From: Octopus vulgaris
Taxonomy: Eukaryota
NCBI GenBank assembly: GCA_951406725.2
Contig: CATOCA020000001.1
Span: 1,426,001 to 1,490,000, forward strand
Reading direction: 5' to 3'
DNA length: 64,000 nucleotides
Part shown: in pieces, positions 55,830-64,000 of the stretch
Numbering within the stretch: position 1 is the first letter of the stretch
Layout of the letters: the number at the start of each line of letters is the position of its first letter
Position numbers and translations under genes: made by a program
The notes under the pieces: model-generated
What the model saw: only the letters and a program-made list of their open reading frames with translations
Told to the model about the DNA's origin: nothing
Databases searched by the model: none

Positions 55830-58690
55830 TGCTTTGACAGTGGAGATGTGTGTGCAGTAGGTGTTCGACATAAACCCACCGGTCAGCAATACTCGGGCAC
55901 TGGACTAGGTTGTGCAGAACAGTTTCATCTTTCTGGGCACACCTCGCGTGGGCCCGGTTGACGGCATTTCCGTGCCTATAAATTTTATCGCAAACAGAGA
56001 GCGCCCCTCGGTAGCACTCTCAGGCAAGGGATTTCTTGAAGTTATCCATAGGCTCAGGCCCGAAAGTGCTGCGAAACAGATCGGTTAGTTGATCTTCATC
56101 GACACCCAGAGTTTCTCTGAGGACGTCGTCGCACTTTCCCTTCATTAGCACTCTTTAGAACTTTAGAGTGGAAGTATCACCGACCGCATTACCCGCCTGG
56201 TGGAGGACTGTGAGTGCTTGCCGGGCTCAAGATACGAAGCGCCCTTCTTCGGTCTACACCCATTCCAGGATTACCGCTCAGTCAAAAAGTCGAGCTGTGG
56301 AAAAGTGCCTCTCACCGTCAAGGAAAGGCTGGAGATGCAGCAACCTCAGCGCACGTCTGCGCATCAGTAACCAGGGCATGCCCACTCCTCCACTCAGCAG
56401 CTATTGACAGCAGATAGAGCGCCTGACCTGTGGAATGCGCATCTTCCACAGAAAACGGAAGAGTAAGCGCACAAGCTTGGTCAACCAGGAAACGACACAA
56501 GAGACGACAGTCAAGCGGTAGGAGATGACGGGTGCCATGTACGCGTTCGTCACCTCCGCCCAATCTTTCAGGTACAGCTTCCTCTTGGTCTATTTCCGGG
56601 TGAGTTTGGCTACCCTTCTCGTCACTTCTTCCCAGTTCTTCTCCACTTGGACGTGTGGACCGAGCAAATTGTTGGGACTATCTGTCCAGCTCAGCACGAC
56701 GCTGTTGGACCGCATGGCCTTGCCTCTCCATGTGCCGAGCTGCAAGCCCACTGACTTTTCCGGGTTAATTTTTGCTCCTGTTATCGCTTCATATTCCTGT
56801 AGTATTTCGACAGTCAGGTCTACATGCCTGTGGCTCGACACTATGACGGTGACATCATCAGCGTAAGCAGATACATTTCTCTCACATACTAGATCACGCG
56901 GGACATCCCTCAACGCCCCCAGCTTCCGCAGTAAATGGCTCAAGAGTCAGTACATACAGAAGGGAGGAGAGAGAGCACCCTTGACGGACGGAACGCAAGA
57001 TGCTGAATGGCTCAGACAGGTGACCATTCACACGAACAACCGAGCAGATGTAGCTGTACAAAGCAGCTTTTCAACCGGAAAGTCCAAGGGGTCACCCCTG
57101 CTAGACGATGCGGTTTGTCCAAGTCCACATTGGCCCATTTGGATAATCTAGCCGGTACCTGTCAGACCATTGAAAACGTGTGAGAGGTTTTTGAGGCTTT
57201 TTCACCCCCTCTCCTATCAGATACTCCCACGCAATCGAAAAGTTCATTTAAGACAGAGTTCCAGTCCCCTACTAATACTAAAGTTCGAGACGTTCCCAAG
57301 ATCTCGAAACGCTTGATGTAATGAGACCGCCCTTCCCCTGTTGAAGCATAGGCAGCGACTTGTCTGAAAGCACCATCGTCACAGCTGTTCACATCCAGGA
57401 CCACCAATTTACCTTCTGGATCCAGGAAAAGTGCCTTTATTTTCAAATATACACCCTTCTTGAAGAGCACCACAGTACCTCCACCGTCTCTTTTCAATCT
57501 CGTATCCACCGAAAAATGTGGTGAGGTCCCGTGGGTCGGATAGACTGGATTCACTAATGGCTGCAACATCTACACTAAGGAACCTCAGGTCATTTGAAAG
57601 GTGACTCTGTTTCCAAGGCCCCCCGAGGCCCCTGACATTTATATGACCTATTCTGAGCATCACCTTGGTAGAATAAATTTAGAATGGAGAAGAGCTCTAC
57701 TTACCACTGTTGCCTAGCAGGGGTGACCCCTTGGTCTTTCTTGCGGGCGTTTCCACGAGATTTTCATGTAGTCTCTTAGAGAATGTTTTTTGGAATGACC
57801 CAACAGCATTTGGAAAATTAATTTTTAATGTGTTGTGTGTGTCCTGTGTTACTTTCAGAAATTTCTATGTGTGGTGATGGTGCATTGTGTGTTGGGAAGA
57901 CAAAGTCTTCCATTGTGGTGTCTGTGTTTTCTCTAATGTATTCGACAAGATGTGTATTGTCGGTGTTGATGGCTGTGAGGTTGGTGGTGTTTGTGCAGTC
58001 TGTTTGTGTTGTGCAGTGTGTTTTGTAGTTTGAGGTTGTAGTGCTGGTGGTAGTGCTGTTGTCGGTGGCTGTGTGTGCGTGTTGCTGCTGTTGGGGAGTT
58101 TCTCCTGTTTGCACCTCCCCCTCTTTTCTTCTACTATCTTTTTCTTTTCCACTTTTCCAGGGGGAAATCTGTTTGCCACTCACCCCTCTAGCTCTTGATT
58201 TTGCTGCGGTTCATTTGTTGCTGCCGCTACTGCTACAGTAGTTGGTGGTGGTGTTATTGCTACTGGCGGTAGTGGTACTCTGACTGGTATTTATTTTCGT
58301 TGTTGGTGTTGGTGATGGTGGTGCCCTGGCGACGGTTGGAGGTGGCGTCGCTGTTGCTGGTGGTGATGGGGTTGGTTTCTGCTGCTGGTGTTGTTGCTGC
58401 TGCTGCTGCTGCTGCTGCACCGGAGGTGCCACCGTTTCTACTGTCGCTTGTAGCTTCCGTCTTTGCATTTGGGGCAGTCGACCTTGAGGTGCTGATCACT
58501 TTCACAAAAGTAGTACCTCGGCCTCCTGCCCTCCACGGCCACGTGTAGTCTCGTGCCGTCTGCTAAGTTTATAGAACCAACGATAGAATTTAGGGATTCT
58601 TGTTCAATTTGAACGAGGAGTTCCAATCAATGGCCCGTCCAATTTTGTTGGTGCAATTTATGCACCTCCAGTATTGTGGCGGTATCCTCT
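55830..58690 (-). mobile_element. Degraded Tx1/L1-clade LINE (ORF1 plus deleted ORF2)
   Basis: ORF1 remnant EGRRPRYYFCESDQHLKVDCP (decayed CCHC knuckle) and a low-complexity Q/T/P tail; endonuclease INVRGL and LVGDWN; RT SAYADDVTV. Confidence 0.88.
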
Positions 58691-61110
58691 AAATCAAAGA
58701 GGACAGCCGGTACAAGTCAGCATATATTCGGAGACTTCATCGCTCCAACGATCGATTGGCCCGCATCAATTTGTACATCATCTTCCCGGTTCGGCCAGGC
58801 CCTTCTTGACGTGGCTGAAGATTGTTTTCTATCGCAACATGTTGAATATCCGACAAGGCATCGGTCTGGGCTGCAGCCATCTATGCTGGATCTGGTGTTC
58901 TCCCGCTATCCAAGATCAATGTCAGACGTATCTGTGTGCGCCCTTCTTGCCAAGAGTGATCATGCGGTCCTGAAGTTCGTCATGCACACAACTTTTTCTA
59001 CACCCACGACTACTTCGCTGCCACGTAGAGTCTTCTCTGCAATTAATCTTGAAATTCTAACCGAGGCTTCCGCGCTTCTGGACTGGCGATCCCTGATGAC
59101 GTTGTCCTCAGTTGCCTAATCATATGTAATCTGGTTGACTGACCAGGCAGTTCCCGTTGGGCTTCCCAAAAAGAAGAAACACAAGCCCTGGGTGACGAAG
59201 AAGGTTAAACGAGAACTTCTACTCAGAGATATTGCTTGGGCTGAATTCAAAAATCTAGATTCGACTGCAGCTTTAGAGGTGTACAAAACTCAACGAGACC
59301 GAGCCGTGAAAATTGAAAAGGAAGAACGCTTCAGATATGAATACAAAATCGCGGCAAAAGCCAGTAGCAATCCAAAAACCTTCTTTGCCCATGTCCAGCG
59401 GAATTCCCGCTTGAACAACCAAATTGCAACGTTGGTAGACTCAACATGCGTATCGATTGAGGACCCTTATCAACAGAGTCAATTATTTGCCGAGGCGTTT
59501 TCAACTATTTTCAAACAAGATGATGGTCGTGAACCCCCTCCATTTGATAGATCGGTACCTCCAATGCTTCGATTGGTCATCACGCGGGACGAAGTCGAAC
59601 GCGTTATACAAGGCCCCGATGTCAACAACGGTCACGGCCCTGACGGCATACACCCATGGGTTACCAAAGCGTTGGCTCCGGTCATCTGCGAGCCCTTAAC
59701 ACGTCTATTCAATATGTCATTAGCGACTGGAGAACAGCGATAATCTGCCCAATTTTCAAGAAAGGGAGCCGCGAAAACCCGCTTAACTACCGACCGTTTT
59801 CCCTTACATCAATAATCAGCAAGATGTTCGAAACCATCCTTAAGAAAAGTATGATGCTCCACCTCCAAAACACAGCCTCTATCTCTGATTCCCAACACGG
59901 CTTCGTGCCGAAAAGATCATGCTTGACCAACTTACTGGTAATGGAAGAATTGGTGACGCGCATCCTCGATGATAGTGATTCTGTTGACATCGTTTTATTG
60001 GACTTTGCCAAAGCTTTTGATTCGGTAAACCACCGCCTATTACTTGTCAAGCTTCAAGCATATAGTTTCCATCCGGATATTGTACTTTGGGTTGGTGCCT
60101 TCCTCTCAGATCGCTCCTTCCAAGTCGAAGTTAATGGTTCGCGGTCTGACGTCTCCAGTGCGAGCAGTGGCGTGCCTCAAGGTTCAGTGCTTGGGCCCTT
60201 ATTGTTCTTAGTCTTCATAAATGACTTGCCCGACGACGTCACGCAACACACCCTTCTATTTTCCAACGATGTCAAACTGGTCGCTCCTCGCGGTGATATA
60301 GAGGATCTTCGTCGATGCCTCCACCAAATTTGGAGATGGTCTAACGATGGTCAAAGTGCTGTCATCTGCCTGTTGGCTCTCCTCCTGCAACTCAACTTCA
60401 TTTCGAGCCGGGTCGTCTGCAGCTGGAGGGGACCGATCAGGTAAAGGACCTGGGTATCTTGGTGGATTCCTCCTTTTCGCCTTCGGCCCAGTGCGTCCAT
60501 GCTGCCAACAAAGCACGCGGAGTTCTGTTCTTGATTCGACGGTCATTCGGAATGCTCACAGCAGCCATATTCCTACCGCTCTATGTCACGCTGGTGAGAC
60601 CCATATTGGAGTATGGGATTCAAGCCTCTTCTCATTATCTCCTCAAAGACATACATCATCTCGAAAGAGTCCAGAAGCTGGCTACCCGCATGGTTCATGG
60701 TCTCAAGCATTTGTCTTATGAAGAAAGGCTAAAGACGCTCGACCTTTATTCTCTAGAAAAACGACGACGCCGTGGAGATCTCATTCCTGCTCACAACGTC
60801 ATAAGCGGAAAGTGTAACCTCTCGAAAGAGTTGTTCTTCACTCCTGCTCCAGAGCGTCATTCCGAAAAGCTCTATCTGCGACGATTTCATCTTAATCGAA
60901 GGAGAGGGGCTTTCTCCGCCCGGGTTGCGGATCCGTGGAATAAGCTGCCAGACGAGATGGTGAAGATGCCGACGACCGTTCGGTTCAAAGTCTCCCTTGA
61001 CCACAAGTAGCCTCTTTACATGAACACCACCCTGTACATAACTCCATGTCCCCCTACATGGCCTTGCTTTTTGCTTTTCGAGCCAAAAAATTAACTAACT
61101 AACTAACTAA
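58691..61110 (+). mobile_element. 5'-truncated, frameshifted CR1-type LINE
   Basis: GDF.APTIDW, LDLVF, KSDH, QHGFVPKRSC, LDFAKAFDSV, GVPQGSVLGP, LERVQK..TR; (AACT)n tail at 61093-61110. Confidence 0.93.
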
Positions 61111-61577
61111 CATACCAACTTCCTTTTGCAGGATGGAGCAGACAATGTTTTGTTAATATACATAATGAAGATGACTAAATGTTAAAGAAGGATCGCCCAT
61201 AACATACAACAACAGGAAATACTGTGACTGGCGTTTTAAAAATAAAGCACTTAACGATTAATGACAATTGTCCAATTTATTCGATATGCATATGAGGTAC
61301 CATCTGCAGTTTTAGACACACTTATATAAGGACACTGAAGAGACATAATCAGTTGTTAAAAGATCGGGAAGCGAATTGATTGCTGGAGCCGATTTTAAAG
61401 GTAAACCAAATTTTATTACTTTTAAGATTTAACATTTATAGATACACACACACACACATATATTTGATTAATTAATCTCTCTCACCGCCTCTCCTTCTCT
61501 GTCTCTCTATCTGTCTACCTACACATAAATACATACAGATATGCATATAGAACTGTACATACGTGTATGTATGTATG

Positions 61578-61624
<47 letters not shown>

Positions 61625-61731
61625 TAATATATGTATATGTTTATGTCCATTTCTATGCAAACATATACGTGTATAGAAGTACACACGCAAACACAATCAC
61701 ACTGACACACCCATATATATATATATATACA

Positions 61732-61773
<42 letters not shown>

Positions 61774-62139
61774 GGTCACACACATTCATTAAAGCATACA
61801 CGCATATATACGTCTGGATGTATATGTTTGTATATATATATGTATATGTGTGTGTATATATATTTATAAATGTATATATAAAGTCAGATCCTATTGTGTT
61901 ATAAGTTCTTGATTTAAATTTTTACATTGTTGTTTTCCATTATTCCTTCTAGACTTTTCTCTTTTCTTCTAGAGGTTTCTCTCTTCTTCAATCTCACCCT
62001 CTGTCTCTTACCTTTGATCGCTCTGGGCCTCCAAATCTCATCTACCATCGCCTTCTCCCCTTTAGCTTCACTAACGCCCATCTCTTTCATCCGTCTTTTT
62101 ATTGATGATACCATGCATTAGAATATTGCTTACACATTT

Positions 62140-62300
62140 TGTCATAAGGCGAGTAATGTCGGCGGAAGGGTAAGTCGATTGTATCGACCCCAGTGCTCAA
62201 CGGGTGGAACTTATGTTATCGATCCTGAAATAATGAAAAGCAAAATCGACCTCGGCGGAATTTGAACTCAGAAAAAATTAAGACAGACGAGATGTCGCAA
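62140..62300 (-). mobile_element. SINE family B (diverged); a weaker copy lies near 62590-62770
   Basis: TGAAAAGCAAAATCGACCTCGGCGGAATTTGAACTCAGAA is the reverse complement of the family B core. Confidence 0.75.
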
Positions 62301-62427
62301 AGTTGCCTTATATTCTTAGTTATTGTTCTGTAACTAAATCGATTGCATTTTCGAAGCCCTTCTGCAGAAAAACAATCCCCTCTTCAAATCAACTAAATTT
62401 GGATGTATTGAGTTTTATACTTATGCA

Positions 62428-62477
<50 letters not shown>

Positions 62478-63419
62478 TATATATATATGTACACAGACAC
62501 AGAGGCAGCATACATAAACATATGTGACATAGCGTAGTAATTCATTGTAATGAAATCGAAGAGAGACCGTTATAATGTTGTTTCTGGTTTCGGCACAATG
62601 CCGGGAATTGCTTCTGTGTAAGGTGGACAGTCGGTTAATTCATCCTCAGAACCGAAGAGGTATGATTGGTAAAGGTGACCCTGGCAGGATTTCAATCAGA
62701 ACATAAAGACCCCAGTGAAATCCTGCAAAGCATTTTGTTTGAAATGATAGCACCTTTGCCATTTCATCGCCCATTTTATTAGAAATATTCAAAGTTATAA
62801 AGGAACACCAACTCTAAATCCATTTATTGTGTTCACTCGATCACTATTTATAAATGGTAACTGAGAAAACTTTGTGTTAGTCGTATTTCATTGGAATGCT
62901 TATATAAACATTCCATCATTCTAAAATTAATATAATGTTTCATGTTCCCTATATATTCTATGAGCGGTGCTACTGCCGTGTTTGTCGTACAAGGGCGTCG
63001 CCATCAAAAGTGTTTAGGTTATCTTTATAATTCCCAATAATTTGAAAGTAGAATTAGAAATGAAGTACACCATCGTACTATTTATCAAGACTTGTTTCCT
63101 TTTAAACTCTTCTATATCTTATACTAAAACTAAGAACTTGGAAGAAAAATCTTAAAATCCGAAAAACAAAAAAATACTTTTAATTTTGAATTAAATAAAA
63201 TAAATGTTTATCGCTAAACAAATTGAAACATAAATGCTATAAATAGAATTTAAAAAAGTTAAGGAACGCTATTGATTTTGTAAAATTGATGTTTGCAGTT
63301 TTGTCAAATATCAAATATCTTTTTGTTCTGCTCTAAAAATATTATGTAGAAGAAATCTAGCACTTGGATATCTCACTGAATGATGGATCGGGGCACTGAG
63401 TATGGCAATGTATATATGT

Positions 63420-64000
63420 ATGACATTATTTGGTTTTATTTCAAGAAGTTTTGCCTGTAGAGAAAGCGCCGGTTTCTAACCTAGGTCCAAGGCTCCTTCA
63501 TTGGAATTACAACATTAACAACAGGGTATTTTTGTTTGTTTGTATGTATTTATATGTGCAGATTTGTATGATTTGTACTCTGTATGTATACTCATGCATA
63601 TAGTTGCATATCTAGGCATGCTGATATATATTTAAATGCTAAACTTCTGGAAAGTTTTACGGATTTCTACAGTTCCAGTGATGGTTTGGATCTGTATTTT
63701 TCGAATTAGCTTTCTCCTTTCTGGTTTTGAGAAGCCGAATTTCTCAAGATCGTTATTTAGGCAGGGTTGTTACATATCCAATAATTACAGGTATAAATCT
63801 GAACTTGTATTTTGGTTAGTGTAACTTCAGATTTCTCAATAGTTCAGTATAGGTGTTCTCTTTTTCATTGATCTTCATCTTTAAGTTAACATCCGCCGGA
63901 CAGCAATTTCCACAACTGTACACAGTTTCTCTTCTCTATCCCAAATCGTTATATCAGGTCTACTGTGCTTATATTCCACTAGTACTCCTTTTTATTATTA
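63420..64000 (-). mobile_element. 3' end of a restriction-like-endonuclease LINE (R4/NeSL group), continuing beyond the window
   Basis: Minus-strand translation KHSRPDITIWDREEKLCTVVEI...KENTYTELLRNL...FRFIPVIIG, then a 3' UTR. Confidence 0.8.

Noticed and set aside
40289-55961. Many [12 protein letters not shown] ORFs
   Set aside because: Translations of TATG, TA and TG microsatellites.
58211-58468. PolyQ-containing host protein
   Set aside because: It lies between the zinc knuckle and ORF2 of the Tx1-like LINE, so it is the low-complexity part of ORF1.
61111-61405. Possible host exon(s) after TTCCTTTTGCAG, with GAD-containing peptides
   Set aside because: The frames close within about 20 codons and show no recognisable domain.

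Overview
Eukaryotic, repeat-saturated DNA. The SINE families and TA/TATG microsatellite load suggest a coleoid cephalopod such as Octopus; this is an inference from recognition, not a search result. No intact host gene is visible. The window is a mosaic of LINEs (CR1-type x4 plus fragments, RTE, R4/Dong-type, Tx1/L1-type), tRNA-derived SINEs, non-autonomous Helitrons, Tc1/mariner/pogo remnants, MITEs and locally duplicated microsatellite blocks. Most notable: (1) a ~15.4 kb hierarchically amplified (CCA/TCA)n array that runs, in the proline frame, into a frameshifted ankyrin-repeat exon. The antisense of that exon happens to read as an ATG plus a signal-peptide-like leader in front of a Gly/Asp polymer. 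(2) A Penelope-like 301-bp inverted repeat with a minimal type I hammerhead ribozyme motif in each arm. (3) Twin-priming-type 5' inversions in an RTE and a CR1 element. (4) A SINE-LINE shared 3' tail. (5) Filled and empty insertion sites visible side by side in local duplications.
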